Assembly: GCA_000934665.2 (NCBI GenBank)
Contig: KZ538280.1
Span: 1 to 64,000, forward strand
Source of the DNA: Catajapyx aquilonaris
Taxonomy: Eukaryota
DNA length: 64,000 nt
Direction: 5' to 3'
Of the stretch, positions 10,201 to 23,532 are shown one piece after another. Position 1 is the first letter of the stretch. The number at the start of each line of letters is the position of its first letter. The notes beneath the pieces are model-generated. The model did no database searches and was not told where the DNA came from. It saw only the letters and a program-made list of their open reading frames with translations. The position numbers and the translations under genes are program-made.

Positions 10201-13200
10201 TTCTGGAAGCTACCGTTTGAGGGAGACAAAGTGAGAATAAAATGCATCTCTGGGCCAGCCAGCATCAGTAGCGCAAGTTATCACACGTACCGCAATAATT
10301 CCATCATAATATAAGGCGGCCCCTTTCTTAATCCTGCAGGTAAATTCCAGCAGCAATTGCCACAAAAGTCTGAAAATTTATGCATATTGAGCGTCTCTTT
10401 TCCCCGCAATGGTCCTTTTCCCTTTGCACATACTCCCCTACCAATCCACCCACCCACCCCCTCATCTCACACACACACACACTGAGAGAGAGAGAGAGCG
10501 GGACAGAGAGAGATGGTAATTAGCCCGCAGTGTTGCCACCTGGCCGCGAGCAGAGGGCAGGCAGAGCGTGTGCGAAAGGCTTCCCTCTGGCAGCCGACCA
10601 GGGAATCTCCTTTGAAGCTGTGCCCACATCAAGGGCTTCTTCTTTCCCCGGCCACCAAACCAGACCCACAACCCACCCTGCACTATACCACCAGTTGCCA
10701 GAAACTTTGCTTATTGCCTGCGCTCTCTTTTTTCGCTGGGTGGGGACGACCCCGACCACAAGAATGATGATTGTTTGCTTGCGGCCCTTTCTGGGGGGCT
10801 TCCTTCTCTACTTGGCCTCACTTTGTGTTCTGCCGCCACTTTACCACTCTTCCCTTCTGTGGCTGTTCTACCCCCTGGCCCACCCACCTACTCAACCCAA
10901 AACTAGGATAGCCCTAGCACTTTTGTAGGGACTACAAATAATGAAGGCATTCTTGCGTTGGCTGCTATGCTATTGATCTGGAGCGGATTTATAGGCGTTT
11001 TGGCGTGTCGTGCTGCCTGACGCGGTTTCGTCAATTTTTTTTTTTTTTGTTAAAACTAGTCGTATACTTTGGAGCCAAAGAATAGCCTCTTGTTTTTGGT
11101 ACCTAAGCAACACTAGGTGCAAAACACAAGTCGTGCTGGCCCCTTTCTTTCCTGGAACAATCTTTTGGAAACTCCCTCCACCCCCCCAACTGCCCTGGCC
11201 ACCATCACGCAGAATGCGACCTGTGATGTAAACAGACAAGACGATAACCCGCACTCCATTTCGGGGAAGTGGTCCTAAGTGGGCCCAGCATTGTCCTCCC
11301 GCCTTTTGCATGACGGCCAAGACAAAGCTGAGGCTTTCCCTGCTCCCAAAGATAAACTTGGTCACGCAAGATGACCTCCCTCCCCCTCCTCCAAAATCCT
11401 CACCCACCTTGTCTAAAAAATCCAATTGGCCGCTTGTCCCCCCCTACCCAGTTATCTACTCACGTCATCACCCATTGTTCCCCTTCAAAGCATTGTTTCT
11501 CCCATCTTGGCCAGCCGACCTCAGTCACCTCTTGCGTGTGACTACTAAGGAGGAGGCACTTTCAGAACTCCAGCACACGCTCCCATATCTCTCCCTTTTG
11601 TCATGTCACTGACCCAAAATGACGCCAAATTTCTACACACCTTCTCTCCTCAAAAAAAGTAACTCAACTTTCCAACCACCACTTACATTCGCGCATCATA
11701 ATGCGGGGTAAGTAAAACAGTGGTCCAAATTGCTGGGTTTTTTTCCCCTCCCCCCTCCCCCCCTTGTTTTTAAAGCCTGCAGCTAACTCTGAATAAGGGT
11801 AACCACTAGGGAGCAGAGTTATGAGATTTGCACAAGAGCGTGAAGTCCGCACAAAACAAGGTTGCTCTTGCGGGAGTTGGTCGTGAGGCAGCTACTTGCG
11901 AAGTAACTGCGCTTTCCTCCCGCCGGGCAATAATAATAATAATAATTAGAATAATTTGGGGCGTGGGGGAGAAGAGAGGCGGTTGAGGGGCGGTGTATAT
12001 GGGGAAGGGGAGTGAGTGTGAGGGTGGTGCAGGAGGGAGGTGCAGGAGTCAAGAGGCCGGAGCTTTGTTCCCGCTCTGCCTGCCGGTAAACAAAAGGACC
12101 TTATCTACTCCCACCATCTTCATGGCCCCTCCTTTTGTTCTTCTGATCTATGAGGGAAGGAGACAGTCTATTGGACTGCTAGAAAACAGGGGAGGGAAGA
12201 GGGGGGAGGAACACATCATATATGCGGATATTCAACTCTTCACTCTACTTCTGCACTGGACCAAATCAATAGTCTGCATTTCGCTAGCTCCAAGTCTCAC
12301 ATTTTAGCGATTCGCCAGAGACGCCAAATTGATTTGCTATATTGCGACTCGTGTCAGAGTTCAGACTCTAGAGCCTGCCACCAGGACCTGTTTTAATAAG
12401 GCAAAGTCATCTGTTTGGCAGCAAGTAAGAATTAATTAATGTTTCGGAGAGGGGGGGAGGGGGGGGGGACTGGGCCCACCAACTTTCGGCCCCAGCCAGA
12501 AGCTCCAGCCCCGCTCTGGCGTTTTTTCGGTCCAAGCGCAAGTTTCAAGTAGGGGGGTCGTCGGATGCCAATTAGGACACAAAAGATGGGCTGATTCCCT
12601 TTGTTGGAATGATGGATGACTCCTTATTGGGCAAGCCTGAAGAGACGCCATCTCAGCCGCCTGAAGCTGCTCCCCCCCCCCCTCCCCCCTTGCAGAAAAT
12701 GGCCGCCTGGCCTGGCATGCCGCATTACACACACAATCTTCCTCTGATCCGTATAGAGTGGACTTGCAATTAGCCGCATGCGAGCTCCACCCACACGTGT
12801 TGCCTTCTACGCCACTTTTTGCCCCCCCTTTTTTTTGCCCTGCCCCCCCCCTCCCCGCCCACCAGGATCAAGTTTACTTCTTCATTTCCATCTCATTCAA
12901 CTTGTCCCCTTTGTTCGACAGCGGTTCACCGACCAAGATGGTGGAAATAATCATAGCATCACCTTCATATGACATCTACGTTACGCAACTGTATATATCT
13001 GATCAGCCTATATGTTGAGAAGGTGCGAATGGAGCCAACCAGCCATTCATCCATCCACAAGTAGATAGAAAAAAAGGCAAAATGGGCCAAATAAATCCCC
13101 TTGGCGCTGTTGCAACTGGGGCGGCGCTTTTTCTCTTATTCAGAGGCGTTTGAGAGGATGTGGGGGGTGGAGGAGCAGAGGGGGGAAATGATGAAGCGCC

Positions 13201-15924
13201 CTCGTGGCTGCATGCGGGATGGGTGGGGGTGAGGGGTGGAAGAGGATTTGGATGGTCGAATAATAAAAAAAAGGGAGGTGGGCAACCTTTGACATGTCCA
13301 AGGGGCCAAGGCGGCCCCGTTGGGATCCATTCCGGCCCTCACCTGCTGATTGCCACTCTTCTGCTGCGCCCACTGTGTCCCTTCTGGCTTATTTGGCTTG
13401 ATGAGCAGCCCGCAGCCTCTCTCATCTTCCGACATTTCTGCCGCTTTACCGACACTTGCAATGAGACTTTTTGTCATTTTTGCAAAAGCCGAATGGGCTA
13501 GTTTTTCGCAAATAGAATTCTATGCAGTATGTGAACCTCCTATGAAAAGTTGATATATAATATCAGAGCTGGAGTATACTGTAGAACGTTATTTGTCAGT
13601 TGGGGGAACCAATACTCATAATTTTGGACCAAAGTTTTAAAAAATTTTAATTAACATTATTCGTGTGCGCACTTTATACCCTATAATAGATGCGGGGCAT
13701 AAGCAAAACTTTTCCCCGGCTCTGTATTCATGCACAACTATAGACCTGTTTCCCAAATGTTTTAGTTGTTCTAGTTCGGTTCTGGAAATTTCCGCAAACC
13801 CCCCAAAAACGCCCGTGGCCTTTCTTCCAATGGCCTATAAATACTTATAACAGGCGGAAAGTGTCAGAGGGGGGACTCCCCCCCTCAACAACCCCTAGAG
13901 CTATAACCCTCGCTTTCCTGTTCTCTTGCGCGAGTGGAAAAAAATGATTTAGCTAATGAAATGCATTTCCTTGCCCGGAATTAAATTGCTCCATGGGCAA
14001 AGGTCTCCCGCTGACTTATACTTTCTCGGTCCGGAAAGAAAAAATCTGACAAGGCCCATCTTTCCACTCTTCTTCACAACCCCCACCCGTGTTTCCGGAG
14101 CCATCCTTCCTCGCCACTAAAAAAAGATGGCTGTTTCCGGGAACACTGCAAAAATCATGGAGATAACTCTCAACCTATTTTCAGCCAGGAAAAAAAATGT
14201 CTGTGGGATGATGTTAGAGCGCCGTATTCTTCGTATGTGAATTAATTACGGCTGAAAATGTCAAGGACGATATAACAGCAGGGGTTGGTGCAATATGTAA
14301 ATATGTAAAATGTTTATTAAAAAATAGTTGAAGTGTACTGTATCCTTTGGGGCGGTGTCCCAGTTGCATTTTTCCATTTCCTGGCAGCCCCCACCCTTAG
14401 CCCCAACCCTTCCTGTGTTAATTGTTGAGTACACTTGGTGCCACACCCCCTTACCCACCCAACAACCCCCCACAACTTGACCCCGCCTCATCTCCTACCA
14501 CACCTCACCATGCAAGTCCCATTACCACCTCACAATCCTCCCCCCTCCCAAAAAAAGGAGTGGCGACTCTTGGGAATTAAGGTCACATAGTATATTCAGT
14601 GTTGCTCCTCTCCCCCTGGCCATGGCCATTCTAGACGAAAAATGATTCTGCAAGATAACTTGCGAGTGCAAATGTGGCCAAATGCGGGAATTTCTGGGTC
14701 CAAAATCCGGTGGCGAATGATTAGGAGGCGGCAGTTTTCTGCAATCCCGGCATGATTTGTTCCAAGTGCTCCAAGCTCAGGGAACCGGCAATAATAAGAG
14801 TAATAAGGACAAGATCCGCGCCACTTGCCAAATTGCCCACATGTACGTGCGATTCGCATTCTAATGGCTTCATATCCTTGGAGCGGAATGGAAGTTCATG
14901 TGTGTGCGGGTGGGTGGGTGGGTGGGCGGAGGCGACGTATGGAGAGCTCATTTGGGCACACGAATTCAGGGAGAGAGGGGAGGGAAGTAGGAGAGAGTGA
15001 ACAATTTTAGTGGTCATCTCAGCATACCCAAAATTCGTCCTGTGTGAAGCGTTACTTTGACCGATACGAGTGATAATCACCTTGTGATTCTTTGATTCAA
15101 AAAGCCTAAATTAGTACATTAAAAACGTTCCGGAAGATAGGGTTGTACATACTGTATGTTTATAAAAAACGTGTTTTTCCCCACACATCATACCCTTCCT
15201 ACAGTAACGCACTGTACTGCATCAATATTGACATCTGACCGCCTTGCATTTTTGAAAGGTTCCGCCACATACCCTCGGCCCATGGACATTCCTAGCAAAC
15301 AGACAACTTGGTCGACCCCCAGCCATGGAAGAACCGGTACATTACCCCCGAATATCTCCGGACTCCCTCACTAGGGTTCCAGGCAGGCATTACAGGGTGG
15401 CTATCTCAGCTCATTGCCACTTTTTGGAGGGAACATACGCTGTGTCCTCTCCCCAAGGCTTCAATTGGCAGAGTACTCTCCCTACAACCTCATCCCTTCA
15501 ACTCTCATCCAATAGATAAAAAAAATGCATATGTAGGTTGGATCCATCTGGGCCAGCCAACCCACCCGCCCCCACCAGTCAACCATTCTCATGTGCTAAG
15601 TGGGCGAGATGCGCTGTCCAAATGCCTGGCGCAGCTTGAATTTGGAATTGCTCGGCGGCCGTGTTTGAGGTCTGCTCGCCCCGTTCGTGATCTGCATGGC
15701 TGCCGGACGATTAGGGGCCATACTGCCCAAGGGCTTGGCTTGGCTTGGAAATGAGAGCAGGGGCTGCTGGACATAGGTGGGTGGAAGGAAGGAAGGAAGG
15801 GAGATGGGTGGTGGGTGGGTGGATACAGACCAATCTTATGCACTCACCTCTTCTATAGTGACAATGAGATGGGTAATGTCACTTGAAGTCAGGCAATGTC
15901 ATTAGCAATACTTGGCAATTCATC

Positions 15925-15987
15925 GGAGACGGAACAAGTTATCTGTATAAGGCGCTATAAGGACAGAATTGCTAATGTTCCGTCTCC
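15925..15987. repeat. Hairpin with 12-bp perfect outer stem
   Basis: GGAGACGGAACA ... TGTTCCGTCTCC, with imperfect inner pairing (TCTGT/ACAGA). Confidence 0.6.
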
Positions 15988-17809
15988 CAACCGGAACCCA
16001 AGACGGGAAAGTCACTTGTTATCATATCCCAAGTCGAAATGTGAATTTCATAATTTCAGAAAAAAAATTTAAAGGACATAGGCAAGTGTGAAGTTTCAAT
16101 GGAGGCGTTGCAATTAATAATAAATTATTATTAGCCTATATGCTTTATTAGGTCGTATAATATGTGGAAAAAAGCTATAGGTAATAGCGAAAGTGAAGTC
16201 TTACTTTTGTGGAGTTTTCACGGGCATTGCGTTGCTACATTACGCTAAATTAAACAACATTAGTGCCTACAGGCGTATTTAAATATGAAAAATTGATTTG
16301 TTTCTTGCGTTTGCCCCGATGTAAAACAGCGGCTCTGATATTCTAGCCTTATTTATTAATTAGATCGCCTATAAACATTGCTTATACTGGAATTAATGTC
16401 CCGACTTTGAGACGGGAATTCATGATCACGTTTACCCTGTTAAGGAAGAGGTGACATCTCGTAGCGAATTCCTCCATATCCATGTGTTCATCCTTACATA
16501 TAGGCAACCCAAGTTCCACTCTTGTCTTACAGTCCGGTACATATAGCAGGAGGAAACGCTTCGCCGTCGAAACAATGCCATGAACTGTTAATGTAATTTT
16601 TTCTTCCATGCCTGGGTTTCATTGTGGGCGACTATCCGGACCAGATACAGCTAATTGTATAGTCTGGTACACCCCGCATTTGCACAAATAAATTTTCATG
16701 AAACTTTAATAAATGCGATTCAGAGTGACATTTCCGTACAACCTTCCTTCACTACTGTTTGCTTCCCGTAGTAATTCTTCCTAAAAATTAAATCAGACTT
16801 TGATATGCCTCCAAGCCTGTAATAACAGCCGACCCAGGCAAGGGCAACATTCCATCCCCACAAACTTACACACTGTATGGTAATGCACGGATCGATGCCG
16901 TTTTTAATCAACATCGGATATAATGACCCCATTCAGGTGTTGGCTCAGATCGATCCTCGTTTGTTCCGCAAATTATTTTAACCGTTTCCGTTGGCCACTT
17001 TTTTTTTTTCTCTCCGCGAGCAGGTACCACTTGCTTCCTGAATCATCCCTCCCTGTCTTGCGGCACCCTGCATTATCGCCAAATGAAAGAGTAACGTCCT
17101 AACCTTTGTGACCCAACCAAAAGAACAACCCCGCCCATTTTAAGTGTCGCACACAAACGATCTCAATATAAATTCTACCAACATATGACACCCCATTATA
17201 TTTTATGCATTTAAAAAAATAATAATAATAAGGCGATAATATGTGGAGTGTTGAGATAGAGAATGCGAAATATCCTCCCCCGCCAAAAAGGGCTGGAAAG
17301 GCAAAGAGCGAGCGGGGACGTTAGGTTAATCAAATTAGCCAACAGCAGGAAGTTTCCCGCCCCGCCCTATTCCTAACCGAAGAATAATACCTGCCGCTGG
17401 CAACCCCGTCGGGAGGAGCCCGCTAATAATGATGTACAAGGGGAGGGGGTCAGGGAGAGGATTCAGGGGGAGGGAGGGAGGGAGGGGAGAGGGAAGCCAG
17501 CAAAAGGAGGAGGACAGAAATCCTCTTGCTCTATACCTATTTCCCACAGAATCCTCAACCTCTATGTTGGCGTTTTCCTGGATATTCTAGCTGGCAAGGT
17601 GGGCAAACACAGCATCCCTAACATTGTATCAAACTTACATGCTGGGAGTATACACATGTACAGTTGCTGGTACGGGTCATATGTAATATGCATATTCTGC
17701 CTGGTCGGTTCAATCGATCAGTCCGCGGTGCTCATTTGTTATGCTGTAAGATGATGCCAGTTTTTTTGTGTGTGTGTGCTTCATAGCGCACGGCCTGTTT
17801 GTATATGAA

Positions 17810-18114
17810 CACTGTATTCTTGCCACATGGGAATTCACTTTTTCACGTTTCGGGTCCTAACTTCAAAACGGGACAGCGACCCGGTTTGATAACTAAATAT
17901 CATGCAATTTGGGGTCTCGGTCGTGTCAAAAGTACCGATAGTTAAATTTTACTCGTTGAATGAGTTTAAAATGTACGTACTCTAAAATAACCCATAAAAC
18001 CAATACAGCTCCCAATTCCACATTAGGCCTATGATCGCTACTTATTGTTGTCCCGTTTTGAAGTCAGGACCTGAGACGGAGTAGATGACCCAAATCGGGA
18101 CATAAATTACAGTG
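17810..18114. mobile_element. MITE-like element with CACTG termini and long imperfect TIRs
   Basis: CACTGTA...TACAGTG ends; inner arms CGTTTCGGGTCCTAACTTCAAAACGGGACA and TGTCCCGTTTTGAAGTCAGGACCTGAGACG are reverse complements. Confidence 0.75.
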
Positions 18115-20260
18115 TACTGAAATATGGCTGAAAAGCCTGAGAGATCATAATAATTTTGAGATACGAGTCTACAATATAATTATGAAGGTTTCATTACCAC
18201 TTATTTTTTGAAGTACCGGTACTGCAATATTGAGCATTCAGAGAAGTGACTCGACCATCAGAAAGTATAAGTCAATTAAACTCAATTTTGACTAATATGT
18301 GACTGATCATCCTTATTGATTTAATCTTTTCATACCATATTAAGAACTCATAATTGGAGATTGCTGAAGCCTTTCCTAAGGCCAGATTGTATCAACTCAT
18401 ATACCTCAGCAGTCTACATACTAATCATAGATTTTCCTTAATTTGTGTTGATACAACCCGCCCTAAGAGCGCACCCGTCGTTATGTAGGCCATTTCCATC
18501 ACCCTTGACCGCTTTAAGCTCATTAATAAACCGCCGTGGCCGAACCGAAAAAAAAACCCGCGCATTTTTTCTCTCTCAAAAAAAACACGCTAATAGGTCC
18601 GTGCGTGGCCCATTTGATCAAATAGCCACGCATGCACATCATCACCAGAGAATGAATCCGGCAGGTAAGAAGTCAATCAGCGAAAAGCCCTAACAAAAAA
18701 ATATATGTATACAGCAATGTAAGCTTACAAGTTCTGAAATAAGGTTGCAAATGGATGGTAGGGTGGGGGTAGTATGTGAAGGGGGAGGGTGGATTAATCC
18801 CTTTGGGAGGAAAGCGTGTGTGGCAGGCTGCTACCTGAGACTGGCCCCGCTAACAAATTACCTGCCCACTGCCTCTCTCTCATGAGCTGCACCCTTTCGC
18901 GTGCTTGTTAATAATCCCCGCATGCACATCCCCACCCCTTCACATACATGCGCATCCCACCTTCTGCACTCCACCCAACCCAACCCTATTCCACCCACTC
19001 CCCCTAGCACCACACACGGACATACATACACACACGAGCTTTACATCTCAATCTGGAAACTGGCGAGGTGACTGGCTCGATTGTGCCAATATCAAGCGTT
19101 TGGGTATAAAACGGGAGAGCTAAAAGCTGTCGTGCAGGCTCCCTCCTCGCCCATGACCCCCAAAGGGCTGGGACACCTTGCCTGCTGCCCCCCACTGTCC
19201 CCTTCCAACCCCCACCCCCACCCTGCCCCCTGCCATCCCAACACGCCTCGTCCATTTGCCCCCCACCTCCCCTAAACAACCATTCTATCTCTATAGGACC
19301 ATCATGATGATGCAAACGGATAACAAAAAAAAAAGGAGGGCGCCACTGAGAGAGAGAGCTGAAATTATATGGTTTACTCCCTCCCCGCATTTTTCCACGT
19401 CAAACGAAAGGTACTTCCATTCAATACAATCACTGCTAATATTCCTGAAAATCGTCCTGATAGTAACCACCCGATACATTCTGCACATTCTCATAAACAA
19501 AGAGGAAGGAATTTTTGCGCCCACTTGGCAGACACGGAATGTTGGAAACAGCTTGACGGAATATCATTCCGCTGGTATGGTCAGCAGGCATTTCCCCATT
19601 ATCCCAGAATATCGCATTTGGTTAGGTATTTGCAAGAAAATAACTGTTCGGCTCCTGGGTTGACCAAGTGTTATTTTGGAAGGCTCCGGAGCACAACACA
19701 GATTAGGATGGAAGTAGAAACAAAGACACACACACACATAGAGAGCCAGCCAGTTTTTGGTGGGTCCCTGTAGCCTCTTTTCCCATCGACCCTCTCTCTC
19801 TCTCTCTCTCTCTCTCTACCCTCCCCTCCATCCCTCCCTCCCTCCCACAAACCCTGGCCAACCCCCAACTCGGCAAAGGCTTAGCCGGGCTCAGCGTCCA
19901 TTACAACCCATTACAGAGGCCCCATTTGCATAGTGGGGAGGCCGGCATAGAGCGCGCGCCGGATAGATAGATCTGCCCTGACTGCCCAGCTATAGTGGGA
20001 TAGAGCACGTCCGGGGTTCATGGGTACGGGCAGGGGGTGGGATTGGACCTGGGGGCGGGTATGGTCAGGTGGAGAGGGTACTTCCGGTGGCCCACTTCCG
20101 CCCCCCCGCCAGCAATGGAAATAATATAAGGGGGGAACATAGTTCCCAGTGCACCCACCCACCCCTCAGTCTCTCTCTCTCTCTCTCCCAGCCACCCCCG
20201 TGATTGATTGACGCTTGGGCGGATTTGGATTCCAATTGGAGTCGTCGCCCGGAGCAGCTC

Positions 20261-20278
20261 CCGGAATGCCTAATAAGG
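20261..20278 (+). promoter_or_regulatory. Candidate SRE (ETS site + CArG box)
   Basis: CCGGAATG-CCTAATAAGG; GGA-to-CArG spacing as in the c-fos SRE (GGATGTCCATATTAGG). Confidence 0.35.
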
Positions 20279-23200
20279 CGCCGCCAACTCCAATTCGTCC
20301 ACCCTAGCCCAAATTTTATGTCCCAACTGGACATTCCACCTGCCCGGAACCATCACCCGGATTCCAATTATTCACTACTGCGGCCAACATGGTCTAAGAT
20401 GGAGAATACCCTCACCCATAAGAGTAATATATGAAAGAGCTCCTGACCCATCATGCTACTTTTTTGAGGCGTGTTGCGAGATCTGGTGGTCAATTAGCCT
20501 AATCGTGGCGCCAAGATGGGGACCCCTTTGAATCTACTCTCATTAGTCCAAGGAGCAATTAACGTTATTAAGTCCGGCTGGCGGATAGGGGAAAGAGGTG
20601 GTGGCATGATCCATCTGCAGGTGGAGATGAACCCTGATTGGGCAAGCACGGACAGGCCCCTAGGTGCGTTCTTGGTTTTTCCAGTGTACACACAGAGAGA
20701 GACAGGGGGAAAAAAAACTGGCCCCCAAACCCACACCTGCTAGTCTTGCGGTCCCGCAAAAAGAGTCCATTATTTTTATGACTTTGTGCGGAGCCCACAG
20801 AGACCTACGCCCTTTGAGCTTCCCTCGCTGACACTTGCACAAGGCTCTCACTTTTACGCCAAAAAAATAATATATAAAAACAACCCCCCTCGTATATATA
20901 TGTGTGTGTGTGTTCTGTGCGTACCTCCCCCTGTTTTAATCCGGCTCGGAAAGGATTAGCTTCTGGATTTCTTTGTGTGGCTAGTGTCCATACCTCCGAC
21001 TTTTAGGTCAGACTTCAGGTACAATCCTGGACTCATGCTGCCCCCAGTCGAAACCTGAATTCCGTCCACCTGCATGCCCACTGTCAACCATATCCCCCCC
21101 ATGTTTATAAAACGGGCTTTCACTAAACAAGCAAAAGCAAAAGCAGACTCCCTCAGGCACCAGGACATTTAAATATAATGCCTGGTACTAGTTACATCGA
21201 CGTCTTATCTAAGGTGGGTCTAACAGATGGCACCTTATCATACTGATTTCTCAAGGAGGTTCTTTTGAGATAATCACACCAGACGGTGAGTGTCAAGTTG
21301 GAGCAGAAGGTGTCCACTTCAAATCCGTCTTTTTGTTTGGGAGTCCCAGGTTTCGTCCATTGGTTGAGCGCAGATGTGTCGTGAGCACAGGTGATTAATC
21401 CTTGCAAGGTTAACCATTACTCGGTTTTTATCTAGTTCAAACAGAAAAGTGAGACATGTGGGGTGGCTTAGGAAAGAAGTAAAGAGCAGAGCGATGTCTC
21501 TTATCAGCTTTTTCAGGCCAACTCAGATTACATACATATATATACACACACACGCACATAAAGACCCCCCCCCCCCCACCCCCCCCCCACCCCATNCATT
21601 CCGGGCGGCAGCGAAACGTAATGATTTTAGTGCAAAGAGGCGCGGCAAATTCGCGGACAATCCCATCTCTGCAGAAATTTTGCGCTTTTTTCGTCCCTTT
21701 CTCCTAGCATCCGCAGGGAGTAGATCAAAGCCGTGCCCTAACAAGATGTTTGCGACGCTGACGAAGCCAACTCGCTTTGAGAAAGTTGAGAAGGTGTCCC
21801 TTGTCTAATTAGTCCTCTCGTTATTTTTTTTTTGTTAAGTGAGAACTTTGTCAATAAGAAAGATACGTGATTCTTCTCCCTGAAGAATCCTCTGCCAGAG
21901 GAGAGAGAACGGAGAGGGAGAAAAAAAAAACTTTTCATCCGAAGAGACCGAGATGAAAGAAGGCTTTCTGCTGCTCATCGCAGCTACCACCTTTTGTGTT
22001 GCAGAAATTGGAAGGAGAGGGTAGGAGGGGGGAGAAAAATCTGCGCAGGGAAAATTTCTCATCCTCCAAGCCTTTCCAGCTGGAGTGTCATTAGCTAATT
22101 ACGCAAAATCTCAACTTTCTTGCAAACTCACTTTTCATGCCTTGCAAAAGCGAGCATGCGAATTTTCTCCTCCCCCCCACCCCCCTCCTGCCTCCCTGGA
22201 GATTTTTTTTTTATTCGACCTGGCTGTTTCTCAAAGACTCTTTGAAAAGTCTGGGCAAAACCTTGTTAAACTGCTTAGAAACAGTTATTAAGCCATCTTG
22301 CCACTCCCGTTTGGGCCTTTTGTCATTCAATGCCTTTGCGACGTCTTTCCTCGCCTCGGAGGCAGGCTCATTAGTGTTAATTGGTGCAAAAGCAGTCGGC
22401 ACATCTTTTCAGGCCCCTCCTGCTCTTCTTCCTTCCGCCACAACGGAGTAATAAACAAGAAACCCCAACTTGCTTCATCAAGTTAAATGAGCAAAGACCT
22501 CGCCTACAAAGACCGGAGCCCCCAACATCTTAGAGACTCATTTTCGCTCGCCTTCAAATGAGCAGCAAGGGGGAGCTAGGTGGGGCAAAGGGGGACAAGG
22601 TGGGGGACAAGAGGGGGGTAAAGTCTCCCCCTTCACCCCTCCCCCCCTCAACCCCCCTGTTCCGACAACAAGAGACTTTCCTAAGTGGCCCGCTCCGACC
22701 TTTAATTACGCTCACCTTTTTCGGCCTGCATCGTCTCAAGCACCGTTTCCTGACTCCGATTGTCCCCAGGCCCAGCATACCGCACAACAAGTGCCCCTTT
22801 TTGTGTCAACAACGCAGTGCATGTACGGAAGAGTCAGCGGCAGGATTTTCTGGGGGTAAGCAAAATGTCATAGTTTGCATTAATTAGAACGTATGCAAGG
22901 GTGGGAGAGGACCTAGGTGTATAACTCGAGGGAAAAGGCTTTGGTTGCGTGGCACGTGCCAGATGCGGCTGTGCCAAGGCCTTATCTACTCGACTCCAGA
23001 GGGTCCTTCCCGACACCTTTCGCTATCTTATCTTCAAATGGATGCACCACCTCAAGTCGAAACTTCGCAGCATTGCTTGGGCCTCCGGACACAAAACATG
23101 TTTCCGCTGGTATGATACGACTTGGGGTAGTAAGTTGTGGCATTGAAGTTTGCAAGGACTGCCGTTGGGTACGTCGACGATACGGTGCAGTCGTACGAGC

Positions 23201-23483
23201 GACCTTCAAGTAATGACTGTACCCATCATATTGGATCTTCGAACCGTTAGAACTGTTAGAAATATTCATCCGCTTAGTGGGGGGAAAGGTGTGCAGAGGC
23301 AAAGTAGTTCCACATTTTTAGGCGTCAATGTCACTGCTTGTGTGTCATAGGTTCGAAAACCAGTGGGATTTCCAGCTTGGCAACCCAAACTCCGGCCGCG
23401 ATGTAATACTTCCCTAACTTTATTGCAAAACCTACACGCTGGTTCAGTTATTAGACTTCAAATATAGATTTATGTTTTTTTTT

Positions 23484-23484
<1 letters not shown>

Positions 23485-23525
<41 letters not shown>
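23485..23525. repeat. (CT)n microsatellite
   Basis: About 20 CT units; shorter CT/GA tracts also near 10484, 19792, 20170, 37567 and 51105. Confidence 0.95.
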
Positions 23526-23532
<7 letters not shown>

